Shown: positions 40,076-52,584, counted from the first letter of the whole stretch. The stretch is DNA of 63,601 nt, filler included, from Octopus bimaculoides (GCF_001194135.2; 6 parts of 6 records of this genome joined end to end with filler, not necessarily neighbours in it); one strand, 5' to 3'. The notes: generated from the letters alone by a model not told the origin. Numbers and translations: made by a program.

Positions 40076-40289
40076 ATTATTATTATCATTATTATTATTA
40101 TTATTTGATTTCATGACACGGTAGATCAAACAAAATTTCTGATGTACTTCGCGTGGAAAATGTTTAAAAAACACGTTTTAGCGATAAAAGTATTTTGGTA
40201 AAAGAAAAGAAAAAAGAGAGTTATTGCTTTTCATATTTGTTTATAACAAAATTATGAGAAAACAAGTTTTTTCAAGACGTTCATCATTA

Positions 40290-40369
40290 TATTTTAAAAT
40301 ATTCCGCTGCACACCCTGATATCTCTCGAGGCACGCACATGCAGTGTGGCACGCTGTTTAAGAACCACT
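40290..40369. mobile_element. Possible hAT/Charlie-type MITE terminus
   Basis: gctgcacaccc...ggcacgctgtttaagaaccactg resembles the Charlie-type end; a similar end lies at ~9222-9263. Partner ends not found. Confidence 0.35.
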
Positions 40370-40481
40370 GCCGTGGGGTGGGATTTGGTTGTTATTTCTA
40401 GTAGGTCGAGTGGTGTATATAACTGAGAGAACAACGAGTAGAGTATTAATATATATATATATATATATATATAGGCGCAAG

Positions 40482-40850
40482 CGTAGCTGTATGGTAAGTA
40501 GCTTGCTTACCAACCACATGCTTCTGGGTTCAGTCCCATTGCATGGCACCTTGAGCAAGTGTCTTCTACTATAGCCTCGGGCTGACCAAAGCCTTGTGAG
40601 TAGATTTGGTAGACGAAGACTGAAAGAAGCCCGTCGTATATGTGTGTGTGTGTATTTGTGTTTCTGTCCCCGCACCATCGCTTGATAACCGATGTTGGTG
40701 TGCTTACGTCCACGTACCTTAGCGGTTCGGCAAAAGAGACCGATAGGATATGTACTAAACTTACAAAGACTAAGTCCTCGGGTCGATTTGTTCGACTAAA
40801 GGTAGTGCTCCAGCATGGCCGCAGCTAAGTGATTGAAACAAATAAAAGAA
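40482..40850 (+). mobile_element. SINE family A, full length (reference copy)
   Basis: ggcgcaagcgtagctgtatggtaag (A box), gggttcagtccc (B box), ccttgagcaagtgtcttc (CORE-like), internal (TG)n, tail gaaacaaataaaagaa. Confidence 0.93.
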
Positions 40851-42466
40851 TATATATATATACAGATATGTGCTGTGTGTAGGGTGTGTGNNNNNNNNNN
40901 NNNNNNNNNNNNNNNNNNNNNNNNNNNNNNNNNNNNNNNNNNNNNNNNNNNNNNNNNNNNNNNNNNNNNNNNNNNNNNNNNNNNNNNNNNNNNNNNNNNN
41001 NNNNNNNNNNNNNNNNNNNNNNNNNNNNNNNNNNNNNNNNNNNNNNNNNNNNNNNNNNNNNNNNNNNNNNNNNNNNNNNNNNNNNNNNNNNNNNNNNNNN
41101 NNNNNNNNNNNNNNNNNNNNNNNNNNNNNNNNNNNNNNNNNNNNNNNNNNNNNNNNNNNNNNNNNNNNNNNNNNNNNNNNNNNNNNNNNNNNNNNNNNNN
41201 NNNNNNNNNNNNNNNNNNNNNNNNNNNNNNNNNNNNNNNNNNNNNNNNNNNNNNNNNNNNNNNNNNNNNNNNNNNNNNNNNNNNNNNNNNNNNNNNNNNN
41301 NNNNNNNNNNNNNNNNNNNNNNNNNNNNNNNNNNNNNNNNNNNNNNNNNNNNNNNNNNNNNNNNNNNNNNNNNNNNNNNNNNNNNNNNNNNNNNNNNNNN
41401 NNNNNNNNNNNNNNNNNNNNNNNNNNNNNNNNNNNNNNNNNNNNNNNNNNNNNNNNNNNNNNNNNNNNNNNNNNNNNNNNNNNNNNNNNNNNNNNNNNNN
41501 NNNNNNNNNNNNNNNNNNNNNNNNNNNNNNNNNNNNNNNNNNNNNNNNNNNNNNNNNNNNNNNNNNNNNNNNNNNNNNNNNNNNNNNNNNNNNNNNNNNN
41601 NNNNNNNNNNNNNNNNNNNNNNNNNNNNNNNNNNNNNNNNNNNNNNNNNNNNNNNNNNNNNNNNNNNNNNNNNNNNNNNNNNNNNNNNNNNNNNNNNNNN
41701 NNNNNNNNNNNNNNNNNNNNNNNNNNNNNNNNNNNNNNNNNNNNNNNNNNNNNNNNNNNNNNNNNNNNNNNNNNNTAAGTATATATATGTGAGTGTATAT
41801 GTATATATATATATATGTATGTATGTATATATATATACATAAGTATATATATGTGAGTGTATATGTATATATATATATATGTATCTATATATATGGAGAG
41901 AAGGAGAAAGGGACAGAGTGAGAGAGATAGATAGATAGATTGATAGATAGATTGATAGAGAGATAGATTAGTTCATAGGTAAATAATACAGCTATGTGTG
42001 TGTATTAATATTTGTATAAAATCAATGTGTCATGCGTATGTAATTTGAACACGTATACACACACACATACTATCACGCATACACTCAAACACATACACAT
42101 GATGTACACAAACGCACAAGCACCCACTCATTCTAGCACACACACACACACACACACACACACAATTTTTGCATTCCTTATCGTCATAATCCATTGTGAC
42201 GATAAGGAATGTATCTGTTATTCGCAAAACAACGAACTGATTAAATATTTTAAATTCAGTATTACACACAAACACGCATTCGCACACACACGCACCCATA
42301 CATACACAAACACACACACACACACACTCTCCTGTATATACACAACATATATATATATATATCTACATGTGTATGTATGTATCTATCTAAATCTACCCGC
42401 GTACAACCGTGTATATATATATATACATACATATATATATATATATATACATACATATATATATAT

Positions 42467-42510
<44 letters not shown>

Positions 42511-42631
42511 GTACCAAAGTCTGTACAAGCATCTATGAATCTATATATATATATATGTGTGTGTGTGCGCACATGTGATATATTCTTCCATACACACATA
42601 CATAAATATACATAAACACACACACACACGC

Positions 42632-42668
<37 letters not shown>

Positions 42669-42824
42669 TACACACACATAACTGATATTCTTTATGGAGG
42701 CATCCGCTATCGGGTTGGTAGCACAATTTGTTTCGTGGAATATGTGGTGCCTTCCAGCTACCTGCACTTTTCTGTAATAAGAAAATACAAATACAAAAAA
42801 AAAAAAACAAAAAAAAATACACGC

Positions 42825-42980
42825 AGTGTGTTTACGTCTCCCTAACTTAGCTGTCCGACTAAAGTGACCGACAGGCTTAAGAAAAAGTTAGCACTGAGGT
42901 CGTTTCGTTTGTTTAAAATTCTTCATGGTGGTGCCCAACATGGTCGCAGTCTAATGACTGAAACAAGTAAAAGTTAAACG
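42825..42980 (+). mobile_element. SINE family A, degenerate 3' half
   Basis: gtgtttacgtctccctaacttagc...ggtgcccaacatggtcgcagtctaatgactgaaacaagtaaaag. Confidence 0.75.
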
Positions 42981-43382
42981 ATTTAGTATGGTGTATATAA
43001 TACGTTGAAGCCACATAAACGCCGTGTTGCTGTAGCAGGACAATATTATTGAAAGATTATGCGTTTGATGTTGTTCTACATGTTAAATTATTTGTTTTTT
43101 TTATTTGAACTTGAATCCATAAGATAACAATTGTCTTTGTAGGAGCGGAGTCTTGTTTATAACAGAACATACAACTTTCAAAGGTGTTCTCGTCTCACAC
43201 GCTACCGACAATACTATTTGAATGAAGTTGCACACTATCTCAAAAATCAAAGCTTCTAGAGAAATATAATTTTATTTGAAAATATGCATTGCATGTTTCA
43301 GTATAAACTTTCAACCATCTTACAATTTCCAAAATTGACTGTGGATAAGTCAATTATGCACAAGCATAATTATGCGCAGATA

Positions 43383-43416
<34 letters not shown>

Positions 43417-43420
43417 TGTA

Positions 43421-44435
43421 TACCAGGTCGAGTTTAAAGTTTTCTTCGTATCCTAAGATATAATTGGTAGTTCAAATTACATACGACATGTGTTTATTCA
43501 TCAAAATCCATTCATCATATTCTGTTGCCTGTTGCCATCGTTGTGCCAGAAGCTCGATTCCATGCTTATACTATTTGGCTGGTTTCAAGGTGAAAATGTC
43601 CCCGCACCCGTTTTCAACCTCATTCACATTGTTGGATTTCCTTCTAAGCAGGAAAAGAATTATGGCTCGAAAAAGGTGATGATCTGACGGTGCAAGGTCT
43701 GAAGTGTAAGCAGGGTGAAGCAGCACTTACAAGCCCTCAAGTACCTCAAGTTTGCGCTTGGTCATAGTAGCAGTGTGCGCTGGGCCATTGTGATCCTGAA
43801 GAGTAGCGTGCGTCTTCCATTGACCAATGCCGGGCAGCGGGCTTTCAAAGCATCATACACTCGATGTTGTTGAGCATAGACGTTAGCATTCACAACATGA
43901 CCATCTGAGATAGACTCACAGTGCAACACCCCCAACCCTGGAAATTCCACCAAACACACAACATGACCTTCTGCTCAAACCGCCCTTGTTTGACAACAAG
44001 TTCTGAAGCCTGGTCCGAACGAATATGCAGATTCCTCATATTAGGATTACAAAAATAGAACCATTTTCATCCCCAGTTACAATTCATCGCCAAAAACGGA
44101 CATCTCGAGGATTTGCCAGCAGTTGTTTGCAAATATTCGTTGAGCCTGGTCATTGGTCAGTTCATGAGGCACTTCTCGCCACCGTCTGTTCACATTAACA
44201 GTTCCTGGGTCTCCGACATTATTAATTTCTCTCGTCGCCGCCTTTGTACTCAGTCCCCACCCCCACAGGTAGCGTAAAATGACTCTAATGGCAATTTTAC
44301 ACCGCTCATCACCAAAACTGTAAAAGAAAGAATGAAACATTCAGTAGCGATTGGACATGTTGCATCAAATTAATAATATAACATGGAGATACAAATTGCC
44401 AAAAATTCCGAAAAGACTGTTGACTCAACCTAGTA
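43421..44435 (-). mobile_element. Mariner relic with both TIRs, TA target duplication and internal deletion
   Basis: TA|taccaggtcgagtttaaag (43421) and ctgttgactcaacctagta|TA (44435). Reconstructed motifs VPHELT, KVMLCVWWNFQG, NGPAHTA, HPAYTSDLAPSDHHLFR, LAQRWQQ; stops and frameshifts present. Confidence 0.92.
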
Positions 44436-44499
44436 TACATACACAGAGAAAACAAGGAACTGACTCGACCAAAATAGAAATAGAAGATAAAAGATGTAC

Positions 44500-44534
<35 letters not shown>

Positions 44535-45993
44535 CANNNNNNNNNNNNNNNNNNNNNNNNNNNNNNNNNNNNNNNNNNNNNNNNNNNNNNNNNNNNNNNN
44601 NNNNNNNNNNNNNNNNNNNNNNNNNNNNNNNNNNNNNNNNNNNNNNNNNNNNNNNNNNNNNNNNNNNNNNNNNNNNNNNNNNNNNNNNNNNNNNNNNNNN
44701 NNNNNNNNNNNNNNNNNNNNNNNNNNNNNNNNNNNNNNNNNNNNNNNNNNNNNNNNNNNNNNNNNNNNNNNNNNNNNNNNNNNNNNNNNNNNNNNNNNNN
44801 NNNNNNNNNNNNNNNNNNNNNNNNNNNNNNNNNNNNNNNNNNNNNNNNNNNNNNNNNNNNNNNNNNNNNNNNNNNNNNNNNNNNNNNNNNNNNNNNNNNN
44901 NNNNNNNNNNNNNNNNNNNNNNNNNNNNNNNNNNNNNNNNNNNNNNNNNNNNNNNNNNNNNNNNNNNNNNNNNNNNNNNNNNNNNNNNNNNNNNNNNNNN
45001 NNTATATATATATATATATATATATGTATATGTATGTGTATGTATATATGTATATATGAATATATGTGTGTATGTGTGTACAGAAGTTAGAGAACGGTCT
45101 TTAGCTGGATGCATTTAGATCTATTTTCAATTATCTTTGAGCTGCAGATGTTGTATTTGCTATCAAATAGTATTTTGTAATATCAATTACGTAAATTATG
45201 AAAGGAATCAATCTGACACAGTCTCTATTAACAACAACAACAACAACAGCCTTCTTTTTTTTCTTTTTTGAGCAAAACATGGCGAAAGTAAGCTCGTCTG
45301 TCAAGTCTTTTTACTACGATCAGATATCACTCCGCCGACCACAGCACAACATCAACAACAACACGCCTTGTGGAAAAACTAAAATAAAAAAAAACAATAA
45401 AAGAAAAAAAAACAAAAGGCAAAGAATGTAGAAAACAAAATTAATGAAAAAGGGCAAAACTGTTTTCACCTTCCGCCATTAATTAATCCGTCCTAATTTG
45501 GCTATTTATTTAAATAATTGAAATAATTAGCAAAGGGCTTAACTTAAATAGGACGTTTAACGAAGCCTGTCATACAAATTTGTTTTCTTTTTTTCTTATT
45601 TACTTTTGAAATTTGTTGTTGTTTGTTTGTTTAAAGAGAAGGTTTTATAAAGAAATTATGAACAGGAGGATGTAAAAACTACCTGAAGATATTTCAGCAT
45701 ATAATATGGAGGGAGAGGCGGAGTGGAGGAAGAGGCAGGGGTTCACTTTCATCTCTCTCTCATTCTCTCTTCTGCTTCTTTCTCATCACTTCCTCCATTG
45801 CTCTATTAATCTACAGCCTCACCTACCCCCCTTTATCATTTCCCATCTCCTTTCATCCTTGCTTTCTTTGTCTCTTACATCATTTATTTCGTGTCCCACA
45901 TTGCTTTCTTTCTTCCTTTCTTTCTTTCTTTATTTCTTTCTTTTTCCTTTCTTTCTTTCTTTCTCTCTATATTTCTGTTTATTGTGTATGCCT

Positions 45994-46043
<50 letters not shown>

Positions 46044-47254
46044 ATCTTTTCTATCTTTCAGTCTTTCTACATATTTTTCTATGTATGTATGTATGTATGT
46101 ATGTATGTATGTATGCATTTATGTATGTATGTATGTACTTATATATATATGTGTATATGTATGAATGTATANNNNNNNNNNNNNNNNNNNNNNNNNNNNN
46201 NNNNNNNNNNNNNNNTTAATTAATTAANNNNNNNNNNNNNNNNNNNNNNNNNNNNNNNNNNNNNNNNNNNNTATATATATATATATATATATATATTCAC
46301 ACACACGCGTATGTATGTATGTATGTATGTATGTATGTATGTATGTATGTATGTATGTACATGTAGTAAATGAGAGAGGATTAAGGAAACCTGGTGGCTA
46401 CGTCTGGCAGCGCATAACGAATACTAATTATCCGAGTGTATAGGGAGGCAAAAATTTCTCTAGAGTTATCATTAGTGTCTCACAATCTGAAAATCCAGAA
46501 AGCTATCTTCAGTGACCGAGCATAAATAGCAAGCGAAGATGAGAGTTGATAGAATTACATTTATTCCACGTTTTACAAGTCCTTCAGTTATGTATCAGTT
46601 GTAAATCATATAAGAGACATGAAGATATGGAATAGGGAAATGATATTGTCATATCGATTATATAATTCATATTATATAATGATTGACCTACAGTCATTTA
46701 GACATTACGCTTGTGAATAAATAAATACAGTTACTGAGTGAATGTGTATACTTATATAAGGCTATCGGGGTGACTTGTCTAGAAGTAATTAATTTGATTA
46801 AATGATTCAGGAAGGAGTTCATTTTACAAGTGTCAACGAAGAAGAAACAGATCGGCACTTTAATTGTGTTTCTTAACGGTATCATTTTACAAGTTCCATT
46901 CATTAATAAGTTCATAGACTCCAACATTTGTCAAATCTAAACGGTAGTGTATCGTAAAATTGTCTTTCTAAGGCACCGACGCCAATAAATTAATAATGAA
47001 ATGAACCGGCTCGACGGGGTCCTAATACACATACACACATATACGCACGTATATATCCACCCACGCCCACCTCCCTCCATCTATACATTACACTTCCTCC
47101 AACTCTCACTGACACACAACCTTCACTTATACATACAAACACATGCACACGTACACATCTATCATTTGTCAAACACATACGAAGGTATATACACTGGCAC
47201 TTTCATTAACACATTTAAACTTTGGGAAAATGTTTTTAGTTCGTAGTTTTGAAT

Positions 47255-47390
<136 letters not shown>

Positions 47391-48724
47391 GTTTCTCTTT
47401 CTCACTCGCTCCTTATATCTCTCCTTTCCACTCGTCGCTCAACTGCTTGACCTCACCTGCCTTTATAACCACATACCCGATTCCCTACCTGTGTATCATC
47501 TCTTCTTTCAAAAAAGAATACTTCTGTTCTTCTCTCTCTTTTTTTTTTTCTGTCAACCATTCTCCATCGTTCAAATGAGTTTCACCTTCATGTATTTCTA
47601 TAATTTTCTCGCACTTTTACCACCATCTTAAGTTTTACCACCTCGAATTTTATATCATAATCTTAACTCGTTTTAACATATCGATCTATGTTTTATTTTC
47701 GCACGCCACTAAATAAATTTCACTGTAATAATGTGTCTTTGTTTACGCACACGCACACTCTGAAATAACTCGTTCGCCGTGCACACACGTTCACCTTTCC
47801 GCAAGATTTAGTTCACACTCACACACAAAACACACACACACACACACACACACGCCCGCACACGCACACGCAATCACACAATCTCACAAACATGCCTTTG
47901 CACCACTCACTCAGCAGTTATATACACCACACCGACCAATACAACATCCACTAATCAACACCACTAAATTTATACAATTACACACATCTGTGCACATTCA
48001 TACACCTTACCAACACGCGCTTAAACCATTCCCTCTTCCAGGCACACAAACACTCTGACTCATGCAGCTATATACCTATGCCAACTCACTTCTTGTCTCC
48101 TTCATGAAACAGTATTCCGTCTTTTAGTTTTTCACCTTCCCCATGTACTCTCTCCTGATAAAATTTTTATAATACATTTTACAATTTTGCTGCTTTTAAA
48201 AGTTTATTCATTTTTTTTTTTTTTTTTTTTTTTTGCTTTGGTTTCAGACACTCTATGCTTTTCTTTCCGCCTCTTTCCTCCTTCCTGAAAAAGGACTAAT
48301 GACCCAATCGTTAAGACTCTCCATATTTATTTCAACTTCTCAAGCGTTAAAATAATAACCTGTTAGTTGTTCTTTTTTTCTTTTTGCGTTCCTAATTTTT
48401 AATGTTTTTTTTTTGCTAAATGATATACATGTGTGTGCTCTGTGAGTCCATGTGTGTCAATATGTATATATAAAATGCTACATGCATACACACAAACACA
48501 TACACACACATACATACATATACATATACACATAGAGGAGCAAACACGAAGACGGAAAGTGTCGCTGAAAAGGTCACAGATGTGTGACGAAAGATTTCCA
48601 GACAATGGAAATGAGTTAGAATAAAAATAGTGCTAAACGAGTGGAGAACGAATGTATAGTGCGTGTGTTTATTTGGCAAAAACAAAATAAAAAGATCATC
48701 CCGAAATACAATATATACATATAT

Positions 48725-48938
48725 ATATTCTTTTATTCTTTTATTTGTTTCACTCATTTGACTGCGATCATGCTGGAGCACCGCCTTGAGTCGAACAAAT
48801 CGCCCCAAGGACTTATTCTTTGTAAGTCTAGTACTTATCCTATCGGTTTCCCCGTCGAACCGCTAAGTTACACGGACGTAGACACACCAGCATTGGTGAT
48901 CAAGCGATGATTGGGGGACAGACACGCGCGCACGCACG

Positions 48939-48976
<38 letters not shown>

Positions 48977-49137
48977 CGACGGCTTCTTTCATTCTCCGCC
49001 GACCAAATTCACTCATAATGCTTTGGTCAGCCCGAGGCTATAGTAGAAGACACCTGCCCAAGATGCCACGCAGTGGGAATGAACCCAAAACCATGTGGTT
49101 GGTAAGCAAGCTACTTACCATACAGCCATGCCTGCGC
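48725..49137 (-). mobile_element. SINE family A, full length
   Basis: Reverse complement of the reference copy; its head abuts the mariner TA at 49141-49144. Confidence 0.92.
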
Positions 49138-49144
49138 CAATATA

Positions 49145-49523
49145 TTCGGTTGTCAAGAAAGTTCTTGCGGAATTTTAAAGTTTGGTTTTAAATGATGTAT
49201 TTTCGAATTAATTTTCGTTAAATTACTTTGACTTTATATACTATTTTAAAGCCCGCTTTTCGCTCTATCGAATCGTGTTACTCTTTTTCTTTTTGAATTA
49301 TTAGACCATTTTTTCCGGAACGTTGAATACAACATGGACAAAAGCAAATTCGCACAATTTTTTTATTCCAGTTCAAGCTAGGACGAAAAGCTGCTGAAAC
49401 AGCTCGCGATATCAACGATGCGTTTGGCCCAGAAACCACTAATGAACGTACAGCACAATGGTGGTTCAAGAAATTGCGTAGCGGTGACGAGAGTCTTGAA
49501 GATGATAAGCATAGTGGTTGACA
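49145..49523 (+). mobile_element. Hsmar1-like (cecropia-type) mariner, 5' fragment
   Basis: TA|ttcggttgtcaagaaagttcttgcgga TIR; with one base restored, ATG 49334 gives MDKKQIRTIFLFQFKLGRKAAETARDINDAFGPETTNERTAQWWFKKLRSGDESLEDDKHSG*. Confidence 0.9.
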
Positions 49524-49714
49524 ACGATCAACTAAGAACCCATGGTATAAACTCAGGTGGAGAAGCCTGGGGTGAAATTCCTGCAGTATTTAGTTATGGT
49601 CTTTTTACTTGCTGAATTCAAATCCCGCCAAGATCGACTTTCGTCTATAAATCTCAGCTGATCTATAAGTATCTGGTTTACAAAAATCCTATACGAATAA
49701 CACTCATCAGCTGG

Positions 49715-50973
49715 ATTGCAAACATCATCTGGAATATGTGGAATAGAAGCAGTATCTGGAATATGTGGAATAGAAGCAGTATCTGGAATAGGAAAATATT
49801 TCGATATAAACACTATCTGAACTATAAATGTCATCTAGACTATAAACATCATTACGAAACAGCTATTTTACAAACACCGTATTGTCAGTAAACAGCATCT
49901 AGAATATTAAAAGCTTCTCGAATATGAACACCATCTGAGCTATAAACATCATCTAGATAATAAACTAAAACACAAACATCATCTCGAATATAAACACCTA
50001 CTGAAATATAAACACCATCTAGATTATAAACACCAACGGAATATAAACACCTTCTCGGATATAAACACCATCTGAACTATAGGCATCATATGGGCTATAA
50101 ACGTCAACTGAACTATAAACATCATTTGGAATATAAACAGCTCCTGAAATATAAATACCATCTAGTTTATAGGCACCAGCTGGTCTGTAAACATCAACCG
50201 GAATGTAAACAGCTCGAATATAAACACCATCTGAGCTATAGGCATCATATGGGCTATAAACGTCAACTGAACTATAAACATCATTTGGAATATAAACAGC
50301 TCCTGAANNNNNNNNNNNNNNNNNNNNNNNNNNNNNNNNNNNNNNNNNNNNNNNNNNNNNNNNNNNNNNNNNNNNNNNNNNNNNNNNNNNNNNNNNNNNN
50401 NNNNNNNNNNNNNNNNNNNNNNNNNNNNNNNNNNNNNNNNNNNNNNNNNNNNNNNNNNNNNACTATAGGCATCATATGGGCTATAAACGTCAACTGAACT
50501 ATAAACATCATTTGGAATATAAACAGCTCCTGAAATATAAATACCATCTAGTTTATAGGCACCAGCTGGTCTGTAAACATCAACTGGAATGTAAACAGCT
50601 CGAATATAAACACCATCTGAGCTATAGGCATCATATGGACTATAAACGTCAACTGAACTATAAACATCATTTGGAATATAAACAGCTCCTGAAATTTAAA
50701 CACCATCTAGATTATAAGTACCAGCTAGTCTGTAAATATCAACTGGAATATAAACATTTAGACAATAAGCAATGTCTGGATATATACATAATCTGAATTT
50801 GAAACACCATCTGGACAATAAAAACCCTTCGGGGATAGAAACATAATCTGAGCTATAAACTGTATCTGCACTGTACTAACACAATCTGAACGATGAACAC
50901 TGTCTGGGCTGTATAAACATCACCGTAAACATTACCTAGACTATAAACACTATCTGGAATATATAAGCACCAT
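49715..50973 (+). repeat. 18-bp minisatellite with 159-bp higher-order repeat; reads as (Y-K-H-H-L-x)n
   Basis: Unit ~tataaacaccatctggaa; HOR copies start at ~50078, 50237, 50463 and 50622; degenerate continuation at 51508-51660. Confidence 0.92.
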
Positions 50974-51500
50974 TCGAGAGAGGCAGATCCCTAGTCTGGA
51001 ACGCGGCGTGCAGTGACACGTTTTCCAGTTACAACCTTGCAGCATCGGCTGCAAACCGGGTNNNNNNNNNNCAACCTTGCAGCATCGGCTGCAAACCGGG
51101 TGTCGTCGCCCGTAATGCAAAAGAGAGGAAAATAAATAAACAGAAGAGCCTCGCCAGCTGCTATCAGTTTGTGCTGGTCGCCGTCGAGACGTCAGGTATT
51201 CTCGGACTCTGCACTGCTGATTTCCTCCGTAAAATTAGGAAAATAGCTGCCTGTCGGAGAAATGAGTCTCGCGAGGTGGAGTGAATGCTGCAGCTAGTGT
51301 CGCTGTCCATTCTCCGGGGCAACGCCATCGCAGTGATGACCACAGGTCGCGGCGGACCATACCATTTGTTCAGGGGTGAGTTCCCCTCCATCTTAAGCCC
51401 TCTTTTTTCTTTCCCTGTTTTTCTTTTATTTTTCTGTTTCTTTGCTTCTTTGCATTTAAATGTTATAATTAACAATGTCATCAGTTGGTTTAAAATAAGA
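50970..51500 (+). mobile_element. 5'-truncated CRE-like non-LTR retrotransposon (RLE domain plus 3' UTR)
   Basis: PFERGRSLVWNAACSDTFSSYNLAASAA / PGVVARNAKERKINKQKSLASCYQFVLVAVETSGILGLCTADFLRKIRKIAACRRNESREVE*MLQLVSLSILRGNAIAVMTT follows the CRE-type RLE pattern (G.slvWDatc.dt...K..KY...f.p.avEt.G..g...Q.ls.ai.rGNa). Confidence 0.8.
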
Positions 51501-51989
51501 GTATCGCTATATTCTACAACTGGAATACATACATCATCTTGACTATAAACACGAATTGGCCTGAATAAACACAGTTTGGGTTATTAACACCATCTCGACA
51601 GTAAGCACCTCAAAACATCGAATCTGCTATAAATACCAATTGGACTATAAACAGCAATATGAGAGAATGGCAACCAAATGTGGGAGAGTGTCAATTATAT
51701 TCCGGAACAAGCACTTACAGTTGTTCTCAGTAACAATTTCCCATCTCTTCCCCCGCTCCAATCTTATTTACATTGACCTCATAATTACTAAATGTTCTTA
51801 TTGTTAAGTCGACTAACCTAATTAAACAGTCACAGCCACATAGAAACATTTCCTTCATCAGCTGCCACCATTAAAACACCGGCGTTTCGAAGAATTAAGG
51901 CAGTACACATCGTTGAAATGATGTATATATACATATATATGTATATAGATATGTCGTGACCAAACAGTCGTGAGTGTATATATATATAT

Positions 51990-52026
<37 letters not shown>

Positions 52027-52399
52027 NNNNNNNNNNNNNNNNNNNNNNNNNNNNNNNNNNNNNNNNNNNNNNNNNNNNNNNNNNNNNNNNNNNNNNNNNN
52101 NNNNNNNNNNNNNNNNNNNNNNNNNNNNNNNNNNNNNNNNNNNNNNNNNNNNNNNNNNNNNNNNNNNNNNNNNNNNNNNNNNNNNNNNNNNNNNNNNNNN
52201 NNNNNNNNNNNNNNNNNNNNNNNNNNNNNNNNNNNNNNNNNNNNNNNNNNNNNNNNNNNNNNNNNNNNNNNNNNNNNNNNNNNNNNNNNNNNNNNNNNNN
52301 NNNNNNNNNNNNNNNNNNNNNNNNNNNNNNNNNNNNNNNNNNNNNNNNNNNNNNNNNNNNNNNNNNNNNNNNNNNNNNNNNNNNNNNNNNTATATATAT

Positions 52400-52503
52400 A
52401 CATACATATATACGACGAGCTTCTTTCAGTTTCCATCTACCAAATCCAGTCACAAGCCTTTGGTCGGCCCGAGGCTAGAGTAGAAGACACTTGCCCAAGG
52501 TAC
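52400..52503 (-). mobile_element. SINE family A fragment; head truncated by the Penelope-like element
   Basis: ttctttcagtttccatctaccaaatcc...agaagacacttgcccaagg, then abrupt loss of homology. Confidence 0.85.
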
Positions 52504-52521
52504 CACTGGTAAAGGCCTGTT

Positions 52522-52584
52522 TATAGGGTTAACTTGGGTTTCTCGCCATAAAGAGTATATTTATGGCGTATCATCAGACCCATA
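52522..52584 (-). ncRNA. Type I hammerhead ribozyme motif (PLE-associated, slightly degenerate)
   Basis: 5'-UAUGGGU CUGAUGA UA CGCCAUAAA uauacuc UUUAUGGCG A GAAA CCCAAGUUA ACCCUAUA-3': core CUGAUGA...GAAA, 9-bp stem II, stem I UAUGGGU/ACCC(U)AUA. Confidence 0.65.

Noticed and set aside
40482-40560. tRNA genes at SINE heads
   Set aside because: A/B boxes continue into SINE bodies present in many diverged copies; no complete cloverleaf.
45420-47010. TAAT-rich unique blocks as developmental enhancers
   Set aside because: Such motifs are expected at this AT content; no conservation or chromatin data available.
49630-49700. Hammerhead on minus (CTGATGA...GAAA)
   Set aside because: Stem II is poor and the GAAA belongs to an adjacent SINE B fragment.
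51032-51101. 30-bp direct repeat (also 49 bp at 59675-59782)
   Set aside because: Perfect duplication either side of a 10-N gap, typical of unmerged contig overlaps.
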